DNA from: an uncultured Bdellovibrionales bacterium | GTDB lineage: Bacteria > Patescibacteriota > Minisyncoccia > Moranbacterales > UBA1568 | Assembly: GCA_964580285.1 (NCBI GenBank) | Contig: CAZOKB010000002.1 | Location: 34,770-98,769 of the forward strand | DNA length: 64,000 nt | Direction of reading: 5' to 3' | In this document: piece by piece, positions 48,880-58,436 of the stretch | How positions within the stretch are numbered: the first letter of the stretch is position 1 | How the letters are laid out: each line of letters opens with the position of its first letter | Translations under genes and position numbers: made by a program | The notes under the pieces: model-generated | The model's input: the letters and a program-made list of their open reading frames with translations, nothing else | Databases searched by the model: none | What the model was told of the DNA's origin: nothing

Positions 48880-49375
48880 TATCTTTTTCGTCAAGTCCGC
48901 CGCCAGCATCGCCATGGGCATCAGCAAGATCTGATCCGGCACACGCGGCCGCTGATCCTCAGTAGGAAAAATCCTTGCTCGAGAGAGTAGGGTGCTTTCC
49001 ATGAGCTGATAGGATCGTCTGCCACCGGGTCTGCAAGTCCAGCCGGCGCCGGTCGCGGGACCATATTTTCGGTCGACCACAAGTCTTCCGGAGATTCGTT
49101 GCCCGCGACCGGCCTCCCGGCACCACCTTGCGCGTAAGCAGTGGCATGCGAGCCGCTGTCGTCTTCGGCATCTCGCGCGCCGGCCTATCTCCCTAAAGTT
49201 TGGGAGGCCGCCGCGCACGCCGTACGCGCATCACAGGAGGCAAGTATGACCATCGCGTCAACATGTATTCCCGCTTGTCTCGGTCCGCCACCACTCGCTA
49301 GCCAGCACCGCGACGCTTGGGCCGTCGTATGGACCGGCTGGCCTGATTGATTCAGGCTGAGACACTCCATCAACG
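48880..49375 (+). ncRNA. candidate structured ncRNA (unclassified), ~65% GC, ORF-poor
   Basis: no credible ORF on either strand; dense perfect stems (e.g. 12-bp GCCGGTCGCGGG 49048-59 / CCCGCGACCGGC 49102-13); ends in a terminator; boundaries approximate. Confidence 0.3.
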
Positions 49376-49420
49376 CTCCCGTGTGAATCTCTCATGATTC
49401 GCCCGGGAGTTTTTCTTTTT
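49376..49420 (+). terminator. intrinsic terminator at 3' end of GC-rich segment
   Basis: CTCCCG-(21 nt)-CGGGAG followed by TTTTTCTTTTT. Confidence 0.5.
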
Positions 49421-49675
49421 CTGAATACAAGTATATTTTCATTGTGAGAGATCTTGTGTGTAAGCAGGCGTTCTCTTGGTATCCGAGTTTTCTTTTTGGG
49501 AGGCTCTTTTTGTCTGAGCGGGCATGGTTTCCGTGTGAAACACGGAAGAGCTCAAACAAAAAATGAGGAAGCGAAGCGGCTGGGCGAAGCGCACGTACTC
49601 CCAAAAGGGAAATTTGGATACCAAGAGGTTTTGCTATTTTTTCTTCGTTCTCTTTTGCTGATACAATAGATTTAT

Positions 49676-50911
49676 ATGAAAATTGGCATCAATGCATCAT
49701 TTTTGCGGAAACCGGAAACCGGTATCGGACAGGTGACGGCTAACTTTTTGGAAAAGTTAGCCGAATATGGAATGCAGAATATCGAATATCGAAAAGAATC
49801 CCAAAAATCTACATTCGATATTCAACATTCTACATTCATCCTGTATGCCCAGGAGCCGACTGATATCGCATTACCCGAGAACTTCGAGGTAAAAACCTTT
49901 CTCCCGCGCTGGTGGAGGCGCGATGATGTGCCGCGGCAGTGGCTCTGGGAACGAGAGCTGGCTAAACGAGCGGTTGCAGACGGCTGTGATGTCTTCTTGT
50001 CTCTCTACCAGTCCGCAACGATCTTTCCAAAATCCAAAATCCCTGCCTTGCCGGCAGGCAGGAAAAATCAAACATCGTCGCCTCGACATATCATGGTGGT
50101 GCACGATATTATCCCGAAGCTGTTCCCGGAGTATGTCGGCAGGCTTTCTCAACAGTGGCACTGGAGAGCTATTGAAAGAGGTATTCAAAAGGCGGATCGC
50201 TTAGTAGCCGTCTCTCAGTCAACGAAGAATGACTCAATACAGTATTTGCATATTCCTGAAGAGCGACTGATAGTGGCCTACCCAGGAGTCGCACCAGTAT
50301 TTCATCGGAACACTGAAGATGCGGAAGTGGACGCGGTCTTGTCTCGCTACGGACTTGAGCGGGGGTATATTTACCACGGCGGCGGATTGGAGATTCGAAA
50401 AAATACGCGCGCGGTACTGGAAGCCTATACGCTCTTGCGCCGCCAGTATACGACAGAGCCGTGCCCCTCGCTGGTGATTTCTGGACAGATCCATGCTCAG
50501 ACGAATCGGCTCGCCACGGATGTCGAAGGGATAGCGGATACTTTGGGACTCACAGAACATGTGCATATTTTAGGGCGAGTACCTCTAGAAGATTTACCAG
50601 CGCTCTACCGCGGAGCGGCTGTATTTGTCTACCCATCGCTCTATGAAGGGTTGGGTTTGCCACCACTCGAGGCATTTTCACAGGCAACACCAGTTATTGC
50701 GGCTCGAGCAGCTTCGCTTCCGGAAGTGTGTGGGCGGGCGGCGCTTTTCATTGATCCTCGGCGCCCGGATGCGATAGCCCTTGCTTTGGAGCGCGTATTG
50801 AAGGAAGCTACATTGCGGGAAGAACTCAGTCGTGAAGGACAGACACGTCTGCAGGCTTTTTCGTATGAGTACTTTACTCGTGTTGTTATGGATCAATGCT
50901 TGTCTTTATGA
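49676..50911 (+). CDS. GT4 glycosyltransferase
   Basis: YEGLGLPPLEAFSQATPVIAARAASLPEVCG...ALFI. Confidence 0.8.
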   Translation: MKIGINASFLRKPETGIGQVTANFLEKLAEYGMQNIEYRKESQKSTFDIQHSTFILYAQEPTDIALPENFEVKTFLPRWWRRDDVPRQWLWERELAKRAVADGCDVFLSLYQSATIFPKSKIPALPAGRKNQTSSPRHIMVVHDIIPKLFPEYVGRLSQQWHWRAIERGIQKADRLVAVSQSTKNDSIQYLHIPEERLIVAYPGVAPVFHRNTEDAEVDAVLSRYGLERGYIYHGGGLEIRKNTRAVLEAYTLLRRQYTTEPCPSLVISGQIHAQTNRLATDVEGIADTLGLTEHVHILGRVPLEDLPALYRGAAVFVYPSLYEGLGLPPLEAFSQATPVIAARAASLPEVCGRAALFIDPRRPDAIALALERVLKEATLREELSREGQTRLQAFSYEYFTRVVMDQCLSL

Positions 50912-52482
50912 ACATACTTGAAAATACGCAGAGATGGTCGCTCTGGCTTCGCCAGCATTATATGGCGTGTACGCTTCAGGGAGTCAACGTGGTGCTCGGG
51001 GTGCTTGGGCTTTGGTGTTCCCTTCGAGGAATACTTCCGTTGAGTGCGGTGAATTTTTGGTTCTTTTCGTTTTTGGTTTTTTTAGTAGCGCTGTATCGGC
51101 CGATTTGGATCTTTCTCTTGCTGGTGGGAATGTTGCCCTATGAAATCATCAACCTGGCTCCGGTGGAGTTAGGGGTTTTTTTGCGGCCGTATCAATGGCT
51201 GCTCGTTATCTTGATCGGAGCGCTTTTGGTAAGAAGCCTAACAAAACGCCCAGTGGTACAACGTATCTATTTTGAGTGGTGGGATATTTTACCGCTCCTC
51301 TTTTTGGCAGGTGCCGGCTTCGCGGCTCTACGGGCCGAACCATCTGGTCCGGCTTTCAAGCTGGCTTTCGTGTTGGCAAGTTTTGTAGCCCTTTTGTTTG
51401 TGGCAAAGGTATTGGTACGGAGTACTCGGGAGCTGGTCCATGTAGTCCCTTTTCTCTTGACTTCTTTCGGGGTAGTAGCGATATGGTCTGTCCTCCAGAA
51501 TGTATTATTCGCAATGGGTACAACGAGCTTTGAGATTATGGCCGGTCGGCCGAACGGGACGTTTTCCGAGGCTGATTGGTTGGGTATGTATATGCTTTTT
51601 ATAGCGGCTATAGCGCTAGGCTGGCTCTATCGTCAGACAGTACAGGAACAGAAATGCAGCACCTTGTTTCTTCCGCTGAGTATCTTGTTTATGAGCACGC
51701 TGGTGCTTGTGCTCTCCATGACCCGGAGTGCCTGGCTCGGTTTTGCGGCTATGGGAGGTTTCTTTGCGCTGGCTACGCTCGTAACCTTTGGGAAGCTCGG
51801 TACGCCGAAACGAGGACTGCTTTTACTGGGGTGTACGGGGACTGTCGTTGTATTGGCGATCGTTATAGTACCGGTATTCCATGTATCACGTTTCAATCTT
51901 TTTGAGCGAGCGGTTTCAACGGGAGGGGTGCAGAAGATAACTATTGCTTGTACAGAAGCACGGTCTCTTCCTGAACGCATTCAGTCTTTAGAAGAGTTAC
52001 CGGCTTTAGGGTGTCAGCATATTAATCTAGAAGAGCGCGCAGCTTTTGAACGGGCTGGCTTAGTGGTGACAGAGATTGGCCGAGATGATCCGAATGTTTC
52101 TGTACGGAAATCGATTTATGAGCGCACTTTTGCAGTACTTAAAACACACCTGGTGCAGGGTATTGGGTGGGGTACTATTGGGTACCGACTAGGTACTGAT
52201 GAACGTGGTGCTGCGCTCAATGCGAGCAATATATTTCTTGAATTTTGGCTGGGGAGTGGACTCATTGGTTTTCTGGCCTTTTCGATACTCTGGTTTGCGC
52301 TCGGCTTTCAGTCTGGCCGCTTGGTATTTTCGGGAGGACAGTCCGAGCTGGCTTTTCCAATGTTTTTTCATACAGCCTGGCTTGGTTTGACGGTTTTTAA
52401 TCTTTTTAATTCAGGTGTCCTTTTAGGCTTCTTCTTTTTCTTCCTTGGACTCGGCGGGCTTTTGTGGATGAAAAAGAGATAA
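50896..52482 (+). CDS. O-antigen ligase / Wzy_C-domain membrane protein (paralog 2)
   Basis: ~12 TM helices; SMTRSAWLGFAAMGG motif (RSAWLG as in paralog 1). Confidence 0.65.
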   Translation: MLVFMNILENTQRWSLWLRQHYMACTLQGVNVVLGVLGLWCSLRGILPLSAVNFWFFSFLVFLVALYRPIWIFLLLVGMLPYEIINLAPVELGVFLRPYQWLLVILIGALLVRSLTKRPVVQRIYFEWWDILPLLFLAGAGFAALRAEPSGPAFKLAFVLASFVALLFVAKVLVRSTRELVHVVPFLLTSFGVVAIWSVLQNVLFAMGTTSFEIMAGRPNGTFSEADWLGMYMLFIAAIALGWLYRQTVQEQKCSTLFLPLSILFMSTLVLVLSMTRSAWLGFAAMGGFFALATLVTFGKLGTPKRGLLLLGCTGTVVVLAIVIVPVFHVSRFNLFERAVSTGGVQKITIACTEARSLPERIQSLEELPALGCQHINLEERAAFERAGLVVTEIGRDDPNVSVRKSIYERTFAVLKTHLVQGIGWGTIGYRLGTDERGAALNASNIFLEFWLGSGLIGFLAFSILWFALGFQSGRLVFSGGQSELAFPMFFHTAWLGLTVFNLFNSGVLLGFFFFFLGLGGLLWMKKR

Positions 52483-52511
52483 AGTAAACAGAAAAATAAT
52501 AGGCCATTGCT

Positions 52512-53645
52512 ATGCATACGATCGCTATTGATATCCGGCTTTTGGGAAAAAAACGTACGGGTGATGAAATGGTGTTCCGCTTTTTAACCAAAGAGGTGTT
52601 GGCTTTAGATACGGTAAATCGGTATATCCTTCTGACAGATGAAACCGATCAGGGGAAACTTTCAGTGGTGCATCATGAACTCGGGATTATCGGGAATGAA
52701 CGGGTAGAGGTGAAGACATTGCCTGGAAAGAATCGTTTTATATGGAATCTGTTTTCGGTCCCGTATTTTCTGTGCCGCTGGCGTGTGGATGTTTTTTATA
52801 CGCAATATATTCTGCCGCTTTTTGTACCGCAGAGAACTCGGGTAGTGTTGCATATCCACGATGTTTCGTTTCGGGCCTTGCCGTGGCTCATTAATTGGAA
52901 AGACCGGTTTTTTCTCTCGGCGCTTATCCCACATGCTCTGAGGCGGGCGAATACGATTGTGGTACCATCAGTTTTTACTCAAGAAGAAATCGTTGCATAT
53001 TACGGAGTCGCATCGGACAAAATAGCCGTAATACCCAATGCGCTTGGCGATGGATTTGAGTCTGAGGCCAGTGATGCAGCAGTCGCTTCGGCAAAAAAGA
53101 AGTATGCGTTGCCGGAGCGGTATGTGGTAGCGGTAGGGACTTTGCAACCACGAAAAAATCTCCCGCTCTTGATTAGAGCTCTGGCGCGACTGCGGGAACG
53201 AGATCCGAATCTCCAGCTTGTTATAGTGGGGAATCGAGCGGGGCACCACGTAGACAGGGATATTGATCATGCTATTGCTGAAACGGCACTAGGAGTGAAT
53301 GTTATATTTCCGGGCTTTGTGGAGGCGAGTGATCTTCCAGCGGTGATAAAAGGGGCGTGTGTGTATGCGTTTCCATCTCGTTATGAAGGATTCGGTATTC
53401 CTCTCCTTGAGGCGATGAGTCAAGGGGTGCCGGTGGCCGCCGCGGATATCCCGTGTTTACGAGAAGTGGCCGGGGAGGCAGCACTCTATTTTGATCCTTT
53501 GAGGGTTGATGCCTGTGCAGAAATCTTGTATACTCTCACCATTGACTCTGATCTTAGAAAACGGCTTATAGAAGCCGGAAAATCGTGTGTATCGCGGTAT
53601 TCCTGGAAACGGAGCGCTCAATTGTTACAAGAAATATATGCCTGA
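52512..53645 (+). CDS. GT4 glycosyltransferase
   Basis: YEGFGIPLLEAMSQGVPVAAADIPCLREVAGEAALYFDP. Confidence 0.8.
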   Translation: MHTIAIDIRLLGKKRTGDEMVFRFLTKEVLALDTVNRYILLTDETDQGKLSVVHHELGIIGNERVEVKTLPGKNRFIWNLFSVPYFLCRWRVDVFYTQYILPLFVPQRTRVVLHIHDVSFRALPWLINWKDRFFLSALIPHALRRANTIVVPSVFTQEEIVAYYGVASDKIAVIPNALGDGFESEASDAAVASAKKKYALPERYVVAVGTLQPRKNLPLLIRALARLRERDPNLQLVIVGNRAGHHVDRDIDHAIAETALGVNVIFPGFVEASDLPAVIKGACVYAFPSRYEGFGIPLLEAMSQGVPVAAADIPCLREVAGEAALYFDPLRVDACAEILYTLTIDSDLRKRLIEAGKSCVSRYSWKRSAQLLQEIYA

Positions 53646-54849
53646 AAATTACTTTATGAAGGGGGTAGCGACAGATCCAAACATTGGTAAGTCGGCTCCA
53701 GAGAAACCAAAGAAACGCAAGGGATGGAAAATTGCTCTGGCGGTGGTGGCTTTTCTTGCGATTGTAGGAGGAGTGTTTGCGTGGAAAACCGGAATGATCC
53801 TGAACAAGATTTCCGGAGGGAATGCGAATCTTTTTAAGAGTCTGGTGAAGAGTCTGCCGGGTGTAGAAAAAACCCTCAAGGGTGAAGAAAATGGGAAAAT
53901 CAATATCCTGCTCTTGGGTATGCGCGGTGAAGGAGTGGCAGGCGGGGGGCTTTTGGCGGATACCATTATGGTACTGTCGATTCATCCGAAACAGAACGAT
54001 CAGGATCAAGCACGTGCCTCATTGGTTTCTATCCCGCGAGACCTCTATGTAAAAGTGCCAAATCGGGATGAACAGAGGAAGATTAATGCCGTCTATGCCT
54101 TAGGAGAAGAGCGCGGACCAGGCGGAGGCATGGAGGATATGCGAGCGATCGTAGGCGAGATCAGCGGTATGGATATTCCTTATGCCGTAGCTATCAATTT
54201 TCAAGGATTCAAAGATCTGGTCAATGCCCTTGGAGGAGTGAATGTCACTCTCGAGCAGCCGTTTGAGGAGGCGATTCAATTCCGTGAGCCGCAAGTGTGT
54301 GATGCGTATGTTTTTACGGTACCAACCAAGCCGCCGCAGTACCAGTATAAGTACTACACACGCAAGGATGGTACGCGGTATATCTCAAAAGTATACCCAC
54401 TCTGTTATAACCCGAATGTTGAGTGTGGAGGTGACTTCAAGCTTCCGGCAGGGAGTAACGATCTCGATGGTGACAAAGCCCTTTGTTTTGCTCGTGCCCG
54501 GTACCAAACAAGTGACTTTGAGCGTGCCAAGCGGCAACACCAGGTTATTCAGGCGATTAAGAAAAAGGCTCTGAGTACCGGAACGCTGACCAGTTTCGAT
54601 AAGATCAACGGGGTTGTTAGTAGTCTTGGGAATAATGTCCGTACCAACCTTGAAGCTTGGGAAATGCAACGATTCTTTGCTCTGTATGTGAAGACGGGTG
54701 ATATTGATCCGCAGTCGAAGGTCCTTGATACCACAGAAGAAGGGCTGCTCTATCATCCGGAAAAGAATGATCCGAATGCTGGTTATATTCTCTTGCCACG
54801 CGGAGAAAACTATGACCAGATCCGAGCGCTTTTCCAGTCCTTACCCTAG
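53638..54849 (+). CDS. LytR-CpsA-Psr (LCP) family phosphotransferase/ligase
   Basis: TM anchor then INILLLGMRGEGVAGGGLLADTIMVLSIHP...SLVSIPRDLYVKVP (LCP core motifs); ATG overlaps stop of upstream gene. Confidence 0.85.
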   Translation: MPENYFMKGVATDPNIGKSAPEKPKKRKGWKIALAVVAFLAIVGGVFAWKTGMILNKISGGNANLFKSLVKSLPGVEKTLKGEENGKINILLLGMRGEGVAGGGLLADTIMVLSIHPKQNDQDQARASLVSIPRDLYVKVPNRDEQRKINAVYALGEERGPGGGMEDMRAIVGEISGMDIPYAVAINFQGFKDLVNALGGVNVTLEQPFEEAIQFREPQVCDAYVFTVPTKPPQYQYKYYTRKDGTRYISKVYPLCYNPNVECGGDFKLPAGSNDLDGDKALCFARARYQTSDFERAKRQHQVIQAIKKKALSTGTLTSFDKINGVVSSLGNNVRTNLEAWEMQRFFALYVKTGDIDPQSKVLDTTEEGLLYHPEKNDPNAGYILLPRGENYDQIRALFQSLP

Positions 54850-54887
54850 GGCTGGCTGAGGCTTGGGAGCTAACTTAAAAAAATCGG

Positions 54888-55706
54888 ATGGAACCGCTCG
54901 TGACGATCGCTATTAACGGTTATAAAAGTCCGGAACTACTCCGGTTGTGCTTGCAGGCCCTGTATCGAGAATTGAAGGGGGTGGATTTCTCATATGAGGT
55001 GATTGTGGCGGACAGCGAGACGGAAGAAGATACGGAGCTTATTATGCGGGAAGAGTTTCCACAAGCACGCTTTTTTCCTTTCATGGCTAATGTTGGTTTC
55101 AAGACACTGTTCAATATTTCGCTCAAAGAAGCCAAAGGAAAATACGTTTTCCTTATCAATAGCGATATCTTGATCGAGCGCAAGACACTTCCGGTGCTCA
55201 TGCAGTACTTAGAAGAGCACCCGGATACTAAGCTGGTTGGTCCAAAACAGATGAATTTTAATGGGACGCTCCAGCTGAGCTGTTTCCGTTACTATCAACC
55301 TAAAACCATACTCTATCGACGGACATGGCTTGGGAAGCTTCCCTTTGGGAAAACACATTTGAATTGGTTTTTGATGAGTGAATATGATCATCAATCGCCA
55401 CGAGCTGTGGACTGGATTACCGGTTCAGCTATGCTTGTTCTCCGGGAGGCAGCGCTAAAAGTTGGCCCGATGGATGATCGCTTTTTCATGTACATGGAAG
55501 ATGTGGATTGGTGCCGGCGTTTTTGGGAAGAAGGCTACCGAGTGGTCTATGATCCCGAGGCTCTCGTCTACCATTATCATGCCAAGGGGAGTGCACGAGG
55601 AGGGATATTCGGTCTCTTCTTTAATAAGCTGACCTGGTGGCATATTATGAGCGCCTACCGGTATTTTATGAAGTATTATGGCCGGCCGGTGCCGAAGGTA
55701 GAGTAA
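54888..55706 (+). CDS. family-2 glycosyltransferase (rhamnosyl/galactosyl-transferase-like)
   Basis: VTIAINGYKSPELLRLCLQAL...VIVADSE...FLINSDILIE...GSAMLV. Confidence 0.8.
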   Translation: MEPLVTIAINGYKSPELLRLCLQALYRELKGVDFSYEVIVADSETEEDTELIMREEFPQARFFPFMANVGFKTLFNISLKEAKGKYVFLINSDILIERKTLPVLMQYLEEHPDTKLVGPKQMNFNGTLQLSCFRYYQPKTILYRRTWLGKLPFGKTHLNWFLMSEYDHQSPRAVDWITGSAMLVLREAALKVGPMDDRFFMYMEDVDWCRRFWEEGYRVVYDPEALVYHYHAKGSARGGIFGLFFNKLTWWHIMSAYRYFMKYYGRPVPKVE

Positions 55707-55728
55707 AAAACAAGCAAGAAAAAAATGT

Positions 55729-57009
55729 ATGCGTGCATCCGAACAAACAGGAGTAACTGAAGCAGAACGCGAACGGGGTTTTCATTTGTTTAAGAAATTT
55801 TTCTTATTTTTTATAGTGCTTGCTTTGATTGGCCTTGCTTTTTTTAGCGGTTATGAACGTGGTCGAGGATCCCTTTCGCTTGGGGATGGGCCGGCTATTT
55901 CTCCGGAGGGGGCGATTATTCTGGATAAGAATGAAAAAGCGAACGAAGTGGATTTTGGTTTGTTCTGGAAGGTTTGGGATATTCTCAAGGATAAATTTGT
56001 GGATAAGTCCAAGCTTGATGCTAAACAGATGCTCTATGGGGCTATCGATGGCATGCTGGCTTCTACCGGAGACCCGTACACGACCTTCTTTGATCCGAAG
56101 GAGAATCAGGAATTCCAAGAAGACATTACGGGAAATTTTGAAGGGATTGGTGCGGAAATGGGTATCAAGGATGATGTCTTGACGGTGATTGCTCCGCTTG
56201 AAGATACGCCAGCGGCGCGCGCTGGCCTGATGGCTGGCGATAAGATCTTGAAGATTGATGGTGAGACGACGAGCAATATAGCGCTTGAAGAAGCGGTGCA
56301 CCGTATCCGGGGGAAGAAAGGGACTGAGGTGACACTGAATATTTTCCATGAAGGGGATGAAGAGACAAAAGATGTAGTGGTGAAACGGGACGTTATTCAT
56401 GTGAAGAGCGTGCGTTTTGAAATGAAAGCCGATGCTACGGCCTATATCCGTGTGAATCGTTTTGGTGAAGAGACGGCAGCTGAATTTGATCAGGCGGTAC
56501 AGCAGGCTATAGCTGCCAAAGCGCACGGACTCGTCATTGACTTACGGAATAACCCGGGGGGGCTTTTGGACAGTGCTGTTGATATAGGGAGTTTTCTGTT
56601 GCCAGATCGCTCGGTGGTGGTCGTTGAAGAGAATGGTAAGGGAGTGAAACACGAGCTCAAGACAAAGGGTGGGGATGTACTTTCGAAAATACCTACCGCT
56701 GTGCTGATTAACGAAGGTAGTGCGAGCGCATCGGAAATTCTCGCGGGGGCGTTGCGTGAAAATCGGGAGAATGTGCGTTTGATAGGGAAGACATCCTTTG
56801 GGAAGGGATCGGTACAAGAATTAGTGAATGTCACTAAAGATGCTGCTGTGAAGATTACGGTAGCCAGATGGCTTACGCCGAAGGGGAATCAAATCAATAA
56901 AGTGGGTATTGCTCCGGATGATGAAGTTACCCTGACACGGGAAGATGTGGCCGCCAAGAAAGACCCTCAATTAGAGAAGGCTTTAGAATGGTTAAAAGAC
57001 CAGGAGTAG
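55729..57009 (+). CDS. ctpA: S41-family C-terminal processing peptidase
   Basis: N-terminal TM, PDZ (GDKILKIDGETT), LVIDLRNNPGGLLDSAVDI S41 signature, catalytic Ser/Lys region. Confidence 0.9.
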   Translation: MRASEQTGVTEAERERGFHLFKKFFLFFIVLALIGLAFFSGYERGRGSLSLGDGPAISPEGAIILDKNEKANEVDFGLFWKVWDILKDKFVDKSKLDAKQMLYGAIDGMLASTGDPYTTFFDPKENQEFQEDITGNFEGIGAEMGIKDDVLTVIAPLEDTPAARAGLMAGDKILKIDGETTSNIALEEAVHRIRGKKGTEVTLNIFHEGDEETKDVVVKRDVIHVKSVRFEMKADATAYIRVNRFGEETAAEFDQAVQQAIAAKAHGLVIDLRNNPGGLLDSAVDIGSFLLPDRSVVVVEENGKGVKHELKTKGGDVLSKIPTAVLINEGSASASEILAGALRENRENVRLIGKTSFGKGSVQELVNVTKDAAVKITVARWLTPKGNQINKVGIAPDDEVTLTREDVAAKKDPQLEKALEWLKDQE

Positions 57010-57081
57010 GAAGGGTTCTTGACGGTGATTTTTGAGCACTCTATACTTAAGAGTGCTCCAGTAATTCAGTAAGACAATGGT

Positions 57082-57363
57082 ATGAAAAAACCGAATATCA
57101 AACCGCTCGGAGAGAATGTATTGGTACTTCCGGAGAAGGCCGAAGAAAAGACTTCCGCGGGTATCTTTTTACCAGATACGGCTCGCGAGGAACGTCCGCA
57201 GCAGGGTCGTGTGATGGCGATTGGCGATAGCGAGAAGATCAAGGTCTCCGTCAATCAGAAAGTCATCTATAACCGCTATGGAGGTACCGAGGTGAAAGCG
57301 GACGGTGCAGAATACCTTTTGGTTTCTAATAAGGATATATTGGCTGTTATTGAGACGGCGTAG
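57082..57363 (+). CDS. groES: co-chaperonin GroES
   Basis: MKKPNIKPLGENVLVLPEKAEEKTSAGIFLPDTA...GRVMAIG...YLLVSNKDILAVIE, 93 aa. Confidence 0.9.
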   Translation: MKKPNIKPLGENVLVLPEKAEEKTSAGIFLPDTAREERPQQGRVMAIGDSEKIKVSVNQKVIYNRYGGTEVKADGAEYLLVSNKDILAVIETA

Positions 57364-57388
57364 TGTCTTTGTGCTTCATAAAAAAAAT

Positions 57389-57423
57389 CGCCCTGAGACT
57401 TTTGGTACGGGGGCGGTTTTTTT
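57389..57423 (+). terminator. probable intrinsic terminator after groES
   Basis: CGCCC...GGGCG GC-stem followed by TTTTTTTTAT. Confidence 0.45.
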
Positions 57424-57566
57424 ATGACTTAGGATAATTGATCACATTTTTTTGTTCAGAGTTAGATTATAAAGAGTGGTTTAAAATATGAGCCTCTTTT
57501 CTCTCGCCTAAGCGCAGAATGAGTATCTGGTATACTGAAGGTGCTCTAAAAAGTAATGCATGAACT

Positions 57567-57908
57567 ATGAAAAAGTTTCTCGTGCTCTATTTAGCCCCCG
57601 CCACAGTGTTGGAAGAATGGATGCGGAAACCAGAGGAAGATCGCAAAGCAGGAGAAGAGAAGATGAAGAAAGAGTGGGATACCTGGATGGAGTCTCACCG
57701 TGATGTTATCAAGGAAACAGCGGGAGCAGGGAAGACTAAGAAAGTAACCAAAGAGGGTGTAACGGATACTAAAAACGACATCATGCTTTACTCTATCGTT
57801 GAGGGTGAATCGGCTGAAGCAGTAGCTGAAATGTTTCGGGATCATCCACACTTTGGTATTCCCGAGGCATCAATCGAGATTATGCCAGTGAATTACTTGT
57901 CCGAATAA
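57567..57908 (+). CDS. hypothetical small conserved-looking protein
   Basis: 113 aa, plausible start with RBS, no motif assigned. Confidence 0.5.
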   Translation: MKKFLVLYLAPATVLEEWMRKPEEDRKAGEEKMKKEWDTWMESHRDVIKETAGAGKTKKVTKEGVTDTKNDIMLYSIVEGESAEAVAEMFRDHPHFGIPEASIEIMPVNYLSE

Positions 57909-57932
57909 GAGAAAATACTTCTAGTAGCTTTA

Positions 57933-58292
57933 GTGCGGTGGAGGAGTATGGATATTTCAAGAAAAAAATTTGTTCTTCTCTTCCTCATGACGGGGTTTGT
58001 TTTTCTGTTTGTCACCACGTCACTTTTGGGATCAACGGGCCCTCGAGGTTTCCCTCAACCACCCGATTCTGTCCTGAGAACAGGGAGTGACTCACCTGTA
58101 GCTTGGAAGCGGGCGGCATCTATGGTGCTGTTGCCTTTGAAAATCATTTTGATAGGACCTTTGGCGTTGCCACAGGTGAATTTTTTGAAAGATGATCCGC
58201 CACCTCCGTTTGTGGGTATCTATTTTCTTTTTTACTGGACTCTCCTTGCTTCCGTACTGCATTATTGTTTTGGGAAATTGAAACGTTCTTAA
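57933..58292 (+). CDS. hypothetical membrane protein
   Basis: 119 aa, two hydrophobic helices. Confidence 0.4.
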   Translation: MRWRSMDISRKKFVLLFLMTGFVFLFVTTSLLGSTGPRGFPQPPDSVLRTGSDSPVAWKRAASMVLLPLKIILIGPLALPQVNFLKDDPPPPFVGIYFLFYWTLLASVLHYCFGKLKRS

Positions 58293-58300
58293 AGGAAAAA

Positions 58301-58332
58301 AATAGGTTCGAACTTCTTCTAGAGCTCGGAGC
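58301..58332. repeat. 32-bp intergenic motif, copy A (AATAGGTTCGAACTTCTTCTAGAGCTCGGAGC)
   Basis: one of three near-identical copies (also 60679 and 63799); contains palindromes TTCGAA and GCTCGGAGC. Confidence 0.55.
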
Positions 58333-58348
58333 GAGAATTTCAAGATTA

Positions 58349-58378
58349 TTGACATCTGGGTAATTTTTTGCGTATTAT
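58349..58378 (+). promoter_or_regulatory. sigma70-like promoter upstream of metF
   Basis: TTGACA -18 bp- TATTAT, 59 bp upstream of metF start and 17 bp downstream of motif copy A. Confidence 0.55.
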
Positions 58379-58436
58379 ATTGTCCGTAGCAAACATTTGT
58401 TTGCATGACGAGTTCTTCAACAACGGGGTGCTAAAA

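Noticed and set aside
48877-49373. Arg-rich ORFs (113 aa minus, 69 aa plus) inside the GC-rich segment
   Set aside because: They have Arg/Cys/Gly-rich, random-looking composition, no start signals and conflicting frames. The region is interpreted as non-coding structured RNA instead.
48880-49375. Specific identification as tmRNA or RNase P RNA
   Set aside because: No tmRNA T-arm (GGTTCGAnTCC) or tag ORF was found. A possible P4-like pairing exists (GCAAGTCC / GGACCGGCT), but the other universal RNase P blocks could not be matched by eye. The call is left as an unclassified ncRNA candidate.
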